Below, one piece after another: positions 51,301 to 62,065 of a stretch of DNA of 64,000 nt (positions within the stretch are counted from its first letter, which is position 1; each line of letters begins with the position of its first letter). The stretch lies in contig NC_068994.1 in the NCBI RefSeq assembly GCF_001194135.2, forward strand, positions 15,251,275 to 15,315,274, in the 5' to 3' direction. Origin of the DNA: Octopus bimaculoides. Taxonomy: Eukaryota. The notes beneath the pieces were generated by a model. It saw nothing but the letters and a program-made list of their open reading frames with translations. It searched no databases and had not been told where the DNA came from. Made by a program: the position numbers and the translations under genes.

Positions 51301-51500
51301 AAGGCGACGAGCTGGCAGAATTGTTAGCACACCAGGCGAAATGCTTAGCGGTATTTCGTCTGCCGTTACATTCAGATTTCAAATTCCACTGAGGTCAACT
51401 TTGCCTTTCATCTTTTCAGGGTCGATAAATTAAGTACCAGTTACGCACTGGAGTTGATGTAATCAAATTAATCCCTTTGTCTTATAAAGAAATAAGAAAC
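51301..51500 (+). mobile_element. SINE family B
   Basis: aaggcgacgagctggcagaattgttagcac...gtcgataaattaagtaccagttacgcactgg...aaagaaataag. Confidence 0.87.
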
Positions 51501-52235
51501 TTTAGCACACCAGGCAAAATGCTTAGCAGTATTAAATTTTCAAACGCAGGATAATGCTAATAATATAGATCCAACTTAACACAGAATACAAATGACAGAG
51601 AAAATGAAAGGGGAGGAAGAAAGGTGTTATAGGCCCAATAGCTGATTTTGGGGCTCGGAGATCCATCATAATGTTGGCAGATGTGGTTCATCACAATATG
51701 CAGCTGTAATGGATGGTACCGACATTGGATAAATCAGGCTTCTGTCATCAAGGTAGAAAAGATGTTACATTTCAGATGATAATGCAGAAAAGTTCAAAGG
51801 TGGAATGATTAAATGCGGAGAGTTAATAGAGAGAAGCAGGAAGGTCAGTGAGGTTATGGGGAGTGTTAAGACAGGGAATTGTGAGGAGCGATAAGAGAAT
51901 TAGTTCAGGAAGTGGGAGGGAGGTTAATAGCGAGGGTACTAAGGGAGGTGGAGAAGTTGAGAGATGACTAGGAAGTATCGATAGTAATTGAGATCGATAG
52001 TAATTGAAGGGTAGCCAGTTGTTGGGTTTGTGTCTGAGTATCAAAGTTTAGGGATAGTAGCTATAGAATTATTGGAAGTTGAGATAGTGAGAAAAGGGAT
52101 GGCAGTTATTTGAAGGAGGGAAAATGTCTAATTCAGTGACAGATGTAGAATACTAAAGTATGAAAGAAAATAGAGGGAGACGGACAGAGTGGAAGTGGCT
52201 CAATGCTCAAGGTAGCAGTAGTAGGGTGTAGGAAC

Positions 52236-52328
52236 CATTTTGGGATTTGAGGTTGTGTATATAAGTTGCTAAGGAAGTGGATAATTTAGAATTAGCAACT
52301 TATATACAAAACCTCAAATCCCAAAATG
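52236..52328. repeat. Near-perfect inverted repeat (37-bp arms, 1 mismatch, 19-nt loop)
   Basis: cattttgggatttgaggttgtgtatataagttgctaa versus ttagcaacttatatacaaaacctcaaatcccaaaatg. Confidence 0.95.
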
Positions 52329-52374
52329 TTCCTTCTACCCTATCCTGGTTCATCCTAACTGAGGTTCCCCCCAT

Positions 52375-52633
52375 CCAACCAAAGCCTTACAAGTGGACTT
52401 GGTAGATGGAAACTGAAAGAAGCCCATCATATATGTGTGTGTCTTTGTGTCTGTGTTTGTCCCCTACCACTACTTGACAACCCATGTGTTTACGTCCTTG
52501 TAACTTAGTGAATTGGCAAAAGAGATTGACGTAAGTACCAGGCTTTAAAAAATGTACTGAAGTCAATTCATTCAACTAAATATTCTTCAAGGTGGTGCCC
52601 CAGCATGGCCACAGTCTCATGACTGAAACAAGT
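52375..52633 (+). mobile_element. SINE family A, 5'-truncated and diverged
   Basis: aaagccttacaagtggacttggtagatggaaactgaaagaagccc...ggtgccccagcatggccacagtctcatgactgaaacaag. Confidence 0.8.
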
Positions 52634-52877
52634 TGTTATTTTCAACTGGTAGAAGCACCCAAGAGTTGTGTAGGTTGATGTGGTTGAAAATTCAGTATTA
52701 ACGCTGTATCTCTATATGGCCTGTAAACTAACAAGTTTGAAAAATAGATATTGATAAAGTACTGGGCAGAAATAAATATTAGGGTTGATTTAATGAACCA
52801 GACCACAATGGCTGAAACTAGCAAAGAAATAAAAAGAATACGCATTAGAAATAATTTGTGATAATACATCTTGGTAC

Positions 52878-53310
52878 TCCATTGGTTATGGCAATGAGGG
52901 TTCCGGTTGATCCGATCAATGAAACACCCTACTTGTGAAATGAATGTGCAAGTGGGTGAGGACTCCATAGACACAAGTACCCTTAACATAATTCTCAGGG
53001 AGATTCAGCATGACACACAACATCAATAGTTTTCCTTCAGTTTCTGTCTACCAAATCCAGAAGGATTTGGTTGGCCCAAGGTTATAGTAGAAACGCTTTC
53101 CCAAGGTGCTATGCAGTGGGACTGAACCTGGAACTATGTGGTCGGGAAGCAAGCATCTTACCACACGGCCATGCCTGCCCTTTGAAATACAGGTACTACT
53201 CATTTTTGCCAGCTGAGTGGGCTGGAGCAGTGTGAAATAGAGCAGCTTTCTCAAGGATACAATGCACCACTGGTCATCAAGCTCATCACCTTACAACTGT
53301 GAGCTGATAT
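52878..53310 (-). mobile_element. SINE family F interrupted by a SINE A head (53029-53180)
   Basis: The left part matches 28650-28790. The right part cctttgaaatacaggtactactcatttttgccagctgagtgg continues after the insert. Confidence 0.65.
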
Positions 53311-53757
53311 TATGTATATTGTTTATATTAGTCAGACTGGCGTACTTCTCTTGATTGTTGCTTTCACTACATTTTGGCTGTTGTGTGCTTCAGCCTTCTT
53401 CAGGTGTCTTGTGTTGAACTTGGTTGTTGTATTGAACTTTCAAACCCAACCTTTTGTTCGATCCACAGGGGTACACTGTTCTCATTTGGCTCTCTGCATT
53501 TTGTGACATTATTTGCTTGAGTTTGATTTTTTTGTGAATTACCTAGGTGTCTTGCCTGAGATTGAAATCAGAACCTCTAGCTAACAGCACTGCTTTAACC
53601 AGTGTCTTTATCCACTACACCCATAGAATTGAATGCTTTGTGAGTTTACCAATATTTGATAAGACATTTTTGTAGAGTCCAGAAGGATTTGAACATAACA
53701 CTGCTGTGAGGCACACCGGACTTGAAACTGTTTAAAGTGTCTAGCTAGGGTAGATTT

Positions 53758-53951
53758 ACTCTTTTACTTGTTTCAGTCATTTGACTGTGGCCATACTGGA
53801 GCATCACTTTTAGTCGAGCAAATCGACCCCAGGACTTATTCTTTGGATGCCTAGTACTTATTCTATCGGTCTCTTTTGCCGAACCACTAAGTTATGGGGA
53901 CCTAAAGACACCAGCATCAGTTGTCAAGCAATGTTGGGGGGACAAACACAG

Positions 53952-53984
<33 letters not shown>

Positions 53985-54155
53985 CATATATACGACGGGC
54001 TTCTTTCAGTTTCCGTCTATCAAATTCACTCACAAGGCTTTGGTCAGCCCGAGGCTACAGTAGAAGACACTTGCCCAAGGTGCCATGCAGTGGGAATGAA
54101 CCCGGAACCATGTGGTTGGTAAGCAAACTACTTACCACACAGCCACTCTTGTGCC
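53758..54155 (-). mobile_element. SINE family A, full length
   Basis: Same structure as 272-660. Confidence 0.92.
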
Positions 54156-55386
54156 TTGTTAGTGATTTGACCAGCAACTCTTGTGTGTTCCCCAATTCAG
54201 TGATAAATTTGTTTGTTATTCACCAAGTGTCTGTCTGCATACAGCATTTCCATCCCGTCTAGCTTAGTAATAAAATTTATAATAAATAAATAGCTGAAGT
54301 AGGTGGCTGACCTGGGAATGTGTGGGAAGGCTCTCTAACTTAATCTGTCTCACTCTGCGTTTGTTACAAGTATGCTGGAATCGATCGATAGTTTTAGAAA
54401 TCATAGTTGTTCGATATTGGCTACTGACATATTTTGGATTTGAAAGACAGCTGTGTGTTAAATTTCAGCGAGGAAGCCTGACTTTCAGCTAAGAGCTAGG
54501 GATAGATTAGATGTTGTCAGAGTAAAAAAGGTGGTAGGTGGAAAGAAGGAAAGAAACACCTGTAGAAAATAAAGGGGTTTGTAAAAAAAAAAAAAAAATG
54601 ATAAAATAGATAAAAAAAAAAAAAGGAAAACAAGCTGGTTGTCTAAAATTATATTGCAAAATTATTTTATGGAAAATTCTAGAGAACCTTAGAACAGATA
54701 CTAGAAGACCTGTCTGCTGAAATTTACTACTACACTTCACACACTAAAACTAGTAGTACTTTATGTTTGTTTGTTTTTTTCTTTTTTGTTACGCTAAATT
54801 ACTTTTCCAATCACTTTTTGTCTTTTCTCTCTTCCCTCTNNNNNNNNNNNNNNNNNNNNNNNNNNNNNNNNNNNNNNNNNNNNNNNNNNNNNNNNNNNNN
54901 NNNNNNNNNNNNNNNNNNNNNNNNNNNNNNNNNNNNNNNNNNNNNNNNNNNNNNNNNNNNNNNNNNNNNNNNNNNNNNNNNNNNNNNNNNNNNNNNNNNN
55001 NNNNNNNNNNNNNNNNNNNNNNNNNNNNNNNNNNNNNNNNNNNNNNNNNNNNNNNNNNNNNNNNNNNNNNNNNNNNNNNNNNNNNNNNNNNNNNNNNNNN
55101 NNNNNNNNNNNNNNNNNNNNNNNNNNNNNNATATATGTATGTATGTATGTGTGTATGTATGTATACACTCACAAATAAGCACATAAATGCAAAACAAGGC
55201 TGGAAAAAAATAGTACTTGAATACAGGAGGTAGAGTAATATACTTTATGTATGTGTGTGTGTCTGTGTATCTGTATATGTGTCTGTGTTTGTGTGTGTGT
55301 GTATGTGTGTGTGAGTGTGTGTGTCTATCTGTATGTGTGTCTGTTTGTGTGTGTATGTGTGTGTGTGTGTGTGTATGTATGCATAG

Positions 55387-55418
<32 letters not shown>

Positions 55419-55502
55419 GTGTACACTGCAATATCAAATGTGTGTGCATGCAGAGACATATATATATATGTATATATATATATATAATAATAATAATAAT
55501 AA

Positions 55503-55533
<31 letters not shown>

Positions 55534-57234
55534 AAGAAGAAGAAATTGTGTATATCTTCTAAAATAATTTTTAAAACTTTTCATTTATTTGTTTTTCTTT
55601 TACAAAACTACTAGTGGTGTGACAACAACTAACAACTTCGTCGTGGACTCTGATACATCTGAAAAGTTGTTCTTCGCCACTCTTCAATAAATGCTAATTG
55701 GGTGTCTCTCAATGACGAGTTCTAATGGAATGATGCAGGTAGAAGAACACCAAATGAGTATGAATGCAGTTCTGTGAGCAAGCTGCCTCCTGTTGTTTGA
55801 ACAGTATCGAAATTATTATTCTGACTGAATACAAGCCGTCTCATTTAGCTCGCCTGCAAATTTAGTTTTCATGGGGTGAACAAAAAATAGATCGAGGTCA
55901 ATATAAAGAAAGAAGGAAATAAAAACTGGCATTATGCATGCTAAAAATATTTTACCATGTCTGTTCATTAAAGTATAATTAGGATCAAACACGCAGGAGA
56001 GCACCCGAACACACAAACACACACTCACTCATGCACACACAACCAAGCACATACACTTGCATGCTGCATGCACACATGCATCTCTAAAATTAAAAATCTA
56101 CCATTTCATTAATTTTTCTTTCCTTTGAGGATAACCAGGCAGCACCATTGACTGGAGAAATTTGAAATTTCAATTACGCTTTATTTTAGTTTCCCATTTA
56201 ATTAATAACATTCTGTTTCTTGGCAACTTGAAATATCTCGTGGAAACGAAGCTGGTTGTTGCCTGTGACAAAAAAAAAAAAAAAAAAAANNNNNNNNNNT
56301 TTTTTTTTTAAATTTAAAGTAAGGGAAAATGAAGCTTTATAGTCATGCTTTTTTTTTATTTTAAGAGATACTTTTCTATTTGTCTTTGTTTTTTGTTATT
56401 TTCTTTCCGTTTTTTTTGTCTTTCCATTTTTCACTCTTCTTGTATCTCCCTCTATCAATAAAATCTCTCATTCATAAACTTTACTCTTCTGCTAAAATGT
56501 TAAACTGTAACCCCCCCCCCCCTCAGGGACTCAACTACTGATTATATGACACCTCTTTCATCTCTTAAACACTACACTTTCACTCATCCACCCAGCATCA
56601 ATTATACTAAACTGGAAACATTCTATGATATGCCTTTCTGCTAACATATTGTCTCACTGCAGTTAGCTTAGTCAGATAGTTTTATTCTCCATGAGAACAC
56701 AGAAATGTTGTCAATATTGCCTTTCCTTCAAGCAGCATACCCAAAATAGCATATTCCCTTCCTTCCTTCATTTATTCATTCATTCACTCATTCATTCATT
56801 CATTCATTCATTCATTCACTCATTCATTCATCCATTCATGACTCTCGCTTGAGGAATCCCTCTCTCAGCTCTACTCAATACCTATTTATATGATGGTATT
56901 TTTTTGTTTCCAAGGTTTGACTTACCCTGCTTGGCCTGCAGATTGGTTAGTGTGCTTTTTAGACATCTGAGCAGAATTTGCCTCAGAACACAGATTAGCT
57001 GGAAACAAATACTGCAAGGCACTTGGCCCAACATTCTTAAAGATATGCCAGTCCATCACCCCAAATTAGTATATCTTTATTAACCCTGGAAATACGAAAG
57101 GCAAAGTTAACCTCAGTGGGATTTGATCTCAGATTGTAATAGGGTCAGAAAAAATACCACAGAGGTATTTTAATCCGATGCTGTATCAACTCTGTCAATT
57201 CACTGTCTTTGGCATATATCACATGAAAATCAGT

Positions 57235-57461
57235 TTAACTCTTTTGATCCCAAACCCACCTAAAATTACTCCTTATTTTGTAATAAAAACTTCCTGTTTC
57301 AAATTATGCAAATTAAAACCTTCCATCAAAATTTCATGTTAATTTATGTTCCAATCAGCTCAATAACAGCATAGTTATTTTACTAAATTTGTTGTTATGT
57401 TTAAAATTAATTGAGACAAAGACAGAATATGTCAACAAAATTATAGCAACAAAATGGTTAA
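57235..57461. mobile_element. TTAA-flanked MITE, complete
   Basis: TTAActcttttg ... caaaatggTTAA; the body is the reverse complement of the 59288-59471 copy. Confidence 0.75.
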
Positions 57462-57483
57462 ATGGAGTTATTTGTAATGTTAG

Positions 57484-57888
57484 GCATAGGAGTGGCTGTG
57501 TAGTAAGTAGCTTGCTTACCAACCACATGGTTCCGGGTTCAGTCCCACTGCATGGCACCTCGGGCAAGTGTCTTCTACTATAGCCTCGGGTCGACCAAAG
57601 CCTTGTGAGTGGATTTGGTAGACGGAAACTGACAGAAGCCCATCATATATATGTATATATATGTATATGTATGTGTTTGTGTGTCTGTGTTTGTTCCCCC
57701 AACATCGCTTGACAACCGATGCTGGTGTGTTTACGTCCCCGTAACTTAGCTGTTCGGCAAAAGAGACCGATAGAATAAGTACTAGACTTCCAAAGAATAA
57801 GTCCTGGGGTCGATTTGCTCGACTAAAAGCGGTGCTCCAGCATGGCCTCAGTCAAATGACTGAAACAAGTAAAAGAGTAAAAAGAGAG
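57484..57888 (+). mobile_element. SINE family A, full length, low divergence
   Basis: ggagtggctgtgtagtaag...gactgaaacaagtaaaagagtaaaaagagag. Confidence 0.92.
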
Positions 57889-57984
57889 TTACTTGAGACA
57901 AGAATTTGGTAAAGGATCAGTGGGAGGAGGAAGAGAAAGGTGCTGCCAACACACTTCCACACTCACCTTATATCTGCTTCATAT

Positions 57985-58345
57985 TTTATCTTTTATTCAT
58001 TTCAGTCATTGAACTGTGGCCATGCAGGAGCATTGCTTTGAAGGTTTTAGACAAATAAATCCGTCCCAATGCATTTTTTTTAAGCTTGATCCTTGCTCTA
58101 TTAGTTTCTTTTGTGAAACTACTAAAGTTACAGGAACTTAAACAAACCAATTGTTGGTGGAAGACAAACACAAAGACACACATACACACACATATATACA
58201 ACAGGCTTCCACACAGTTTCCCCTCTACCAAATTGACCTAGAGCTATTGTAAAAGACACTTGCCCAAGGTGCCACACAGTGGGATTGAACCCAAGACCAC
58301 ACAGTCAGAAAGCAAGCTTCTTCAACCACACAGACACACCTGCAC
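57985..58345 (-). mobile_element. SINE family A, old diverged copy
   Basis: tttcagtcattgaactgtggccatgc...gacacttgcccaaggtgccacacagtggg. Confidence 0.78.
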
Positions 58346-58881
58346 TTGGAATATTTCTGGAATATTTAAAAACAGAGTCATTTTGAAAACGGCTTTTATC
58401 TTCTTAAATAGCATTCGGATTCACCTTGTTTCATCATAGTTTTACTCATAGTAACCTGCAGGAATAGAATAAGTATAGTCAACTGAAAAAGTAAAATAGC
58501 TGCTGTAAGCCTGGTTTCATGTTACAAAGAGAGAATAAAATTCGCAAACCTACCACTCAATTCTAAACCCTTCCGATACTGAAAAAGAAGAACAGCACTG
58601 CATCAAATTAAGCACAAAAGATAGGATGTAAATAAATACTCATGGAGATAACTTTCAGCATAAACATTCTGGTGGATAACATTACCCCACTCTCTCCTTG
58701 TTAGTTTAATATATTTTAACTGGAGTTTCTTCTGTTTTGTTTTTTGTTTTCTTTTATTTCTTCTTTCCAATTTAATCACTATAATTTGTGAAGACACCTT
58801 GAAGTTAATTACCTATATGTTCTAGTGGAACAACTTACCAGATGTTCAAATATAATCACTAGAATCTTAGATGACTAGTGG

Positions 58882-58972
<91 letters not shown>

Positions 58973-59287
58973 ATGCACATGCATGCGTGTGGCATCAGCA
59001 AAAGTGAAAAAGCAAGCAAGGCATGCTATCTATTTATAGATCCTTTCCTCACTTACATTCTGCCTGTAAAATCCCTGCTTGAAACAGCAGGGAGCTTTTA
59101 CGGGGTCATTCACCTCGCTTCTGAAAATAACAAGAAAATCTTCCTCCGACTGCACCCATCTTAAATAGGGCAAGCACACATTAGATAATTTTTCAAATAT
59201 GTGATGCCCCCTAGTAGACAGTTAATACAAGGGAGACAGTGATTTCTTTATAGGGTTTGGCAGGATTACAAGTTGGAATTTGAAATT

Positions 59288-59471
59288 AATATTTCTGTGG
59301 AAATACACTGCCTATGTTTTATTAGTAAAATAATTTTGTCATTATTAAGCTGGTGTCTAAGCATAAATTAACATAAATTTTGATGGAAAATTTTAATTTA
59401 GATCACTTTAAAACAAGTTTGTATCATAGAATCTGGGGCAGTCTTGGGTGGGTTGGTATCAAAAGGATTAA
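59288..59471. mobile_element. TTAA-type MITE, left end degraded
   Basis: atatttctgtggaaatacactgcc...cattattaagctggtg...ggtatcaaaaggaTTAA. Confidence 0.7.
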
Positions 59472-60124
59472 GGAGTAAGGGAAAAGATGCATAAAATAGG
59501 CCTTTATTTATTTGTTTATTTATTTATTTTTGTCTACTTATTTTGAAGTTCTTAAAATTTCTAAGTAAAAATCATGTATAACACTTTCATTCTTTTTAGA
59601 AATCTTCATCATGTTAATTTATGTTCCAATCAGCTCAATAACAGCATAGTTATTTTACTAAATTTGTTGTTATGTTTAAAATTAATTGAGACAAAGAGGT
59701 ATATTAAGTTAAATATTTTATGATGCAAGACATTTTTTATTGATGGAAAAACAGTTACAGCCTGGCAGAAATTCATGGAATGTGTTTTTTTTTAATTAAA
59801 TTTTTTAAATATTTTTTTACTAGTGTCACAATAGGGCCACTATTGATCATAGATTTGCTAGATCAAGATTGACCAGTGGTTAAAGAACCCCACTTTCTTT
59901 TTTTCTATTAACTCTCTCACTTATCATTCAACTTCTGTTCTTTCACTTAAATGGTAATCTTAAATGACACTATCTTCTCTTCCCTTCAGATATTTCAAAA
60001 GTTAACTGTACTTTCTCAGTTTTTCTTACTGATTTACTTGGATGCTTTATTTTTACCCATTGGTACAAGATATACCTGGCTTTCAAGTCATACTGTATTT
60101 TTTGTACATTACTAGTCAGGATTG

Positions 60125-61560
60125 GTCTCATGAGTCACATTACAAAGATCATTCTGAGAATTTTACTTCTGCAAGTATGAAGCAGGATAACACCTGAAAT
60201 TGAACAGTTTGGCTTTGTGAAGAGTGATGGTACTAGGAATGTTATTTTTGTATGGAGAATGATGACAGAGCAGGTGATCATCATCATCATCATCATCATC
60301 ATCATCGTTTAACGTCCGCTTTCCATGCTAGCATGGGTTGGACGATTTGACTGAGGACTGGTGAAACCGGATGGCAACACCAGGCTCCAGTCTAATTTGG
60401 CAGAGTTTCTACAGCTGTGATATAGATGCAAAAAGATGTCCTCGTGTGTTTGATAGATTACACAAAGGCCTTCAACACAGTAAGACATGGCATGTTATTT
60501 GAAAAACTCACTAACCGTGATCTACATGGGAGAGACCTCCAAATCTGGCAGAGCATTTTATTGGAACCAGTTAGCATACAGAAAACTGGATGGAGAATGC
60601 ATAAAATACACTGGTATCAGAAGAAGTGCTAGACAAAGGTCTGTTATGTCTTTGTTTTCTGAAGAAGTTTCAGAAAACAAAGAACAGAAGATTGTAGCCA
60701 GACATGATTGCCTATGTCCTAAATTATGGCTATGGCACCCAAAAGCTCCTAACAGTGTCATTTCCTTGTCTCATTAATTTCTAGGCAATCCCTTTTATTT
60801 TCACCAAGCTACTGCTAAAAATAACAGTATATCATGCCCTTAATAAATGTTATCTCAGAAGAGGTAACATCTATTAAGGCAGATCAGAGTGTTGAAGAGA
60901 ATAAGTTGAAGGTATAAGTTGATAAGAATACGTTTTGTATGACAGAGAAACTGACAGGAATGTGGAAACATTTTATTACCTAATCAACATGTTCAGCAGA
61001 AAAGATGGGTTTAGCCAGAGGGACATGTGAGTAAAACTGGAAACTAAGCGACATGTTAATGAGAACAGAATTATCATTGAAATTGAAGGAAGACATCACT
61101 AAAACAGAAAGGAAGGTTCATTGAAACTGAAGGAAAGGTCAATGTGTGAGAAGTGATGTGATTTATGGGAATGTTACATGGGTAAATGAACAAGGAACAG
61201 CGGAGAATGCTGGTGAGAACAAAGCTGTGAGTGATTAAGTGGGTATTTATTGCTGAGTATTGCTGAGAGAAAGAAAGTTAGACAATGCATTGAATGTTGG
61301 AGGCAGATGAGAAGAGAGCTCGTGATGGATGTTGTGAGAAGATTGGGTCAGACACTGGAGGAAGGCTGAATGAGACTGGGTGTGAGAGGAGTGATGGAAA
61401 TGAATGTAGAAGGAAATAGAGGAAGAGGAAGACTGAGAAAGACATGGCTAAAAATGATTGGAGGAGGAAATGAGAGCAAGCAGGGTTGGTTAGATGGGAG
61501 ATTGAAGATAGGACAGAGGAGACCTGTCATGAGGAAAACAATGCAATGTCTGTTTTAGTA
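60125..61560 (+). mobile_element. Old RTE-clade LINE RT/C-terminal pseudogene
   Basis: QFGFVKSDGTRNVIFVWRMMTEQ...MQKDVLVCLIDYTKAFNTVRH, and later VEGNRGRGRLRKTW. Confidence 0.8.
60279..60416 (-). mobile_element. Very young, severely truncated RTE 3' tail with 5-bp TSD (gtgat)
   Basis: gtgat at 60274-60278 and 60417-60421. One mismatch over about 110 bp relative to 49161-49270. Confidence 0.88.
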
Positions 61561-61973
61561 GGGAAAATGGCCTTAAAAATACTTGTTAGAGAAGATAGTA
61601 AGTCTATATTTCACCCTCTTTTCCATGCCATAGCCTGATGTCTAACATGTCTTCATCTTTCTTTCCTTGTTCCTATCATTTAGTTTTGCACGTTAATGGT
61701 GGGATAAGTTTTCTTGGAATCTAACTGACAGCAACTAAACCATCCATAGTTTCTTCAAGTGTAAACCATCAAAGAGTTTTATCCCTATACTATTTAAGCT
61801 TCAGTTCCTCTTGGCTCTTTTACAGTCACTTTGGTAGATTCTACCAGATTTACTGCCATTTATCATTCATTTTTTTTTCATTCATTCATTCCAATTTTTC
61901 CATCACTGAATTTTCTTTCTTTGACATTGGGCATAAGCGTTATCTACATTCCTTTCTTCAGTCTTCTTTACAC

Positions 61974-61974
<1 letters not shown>

Positions 61975-62065
<91 letters not shown>
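61975..62065. repeat. (CT)n/(CTAT)n microsatellite; many other (TA)n, (TG)n, (AAG)n and (CCT)n arrays occur across the window
   Basis: Directly visible; several abut assembly gaps. Confidence 0.95.
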
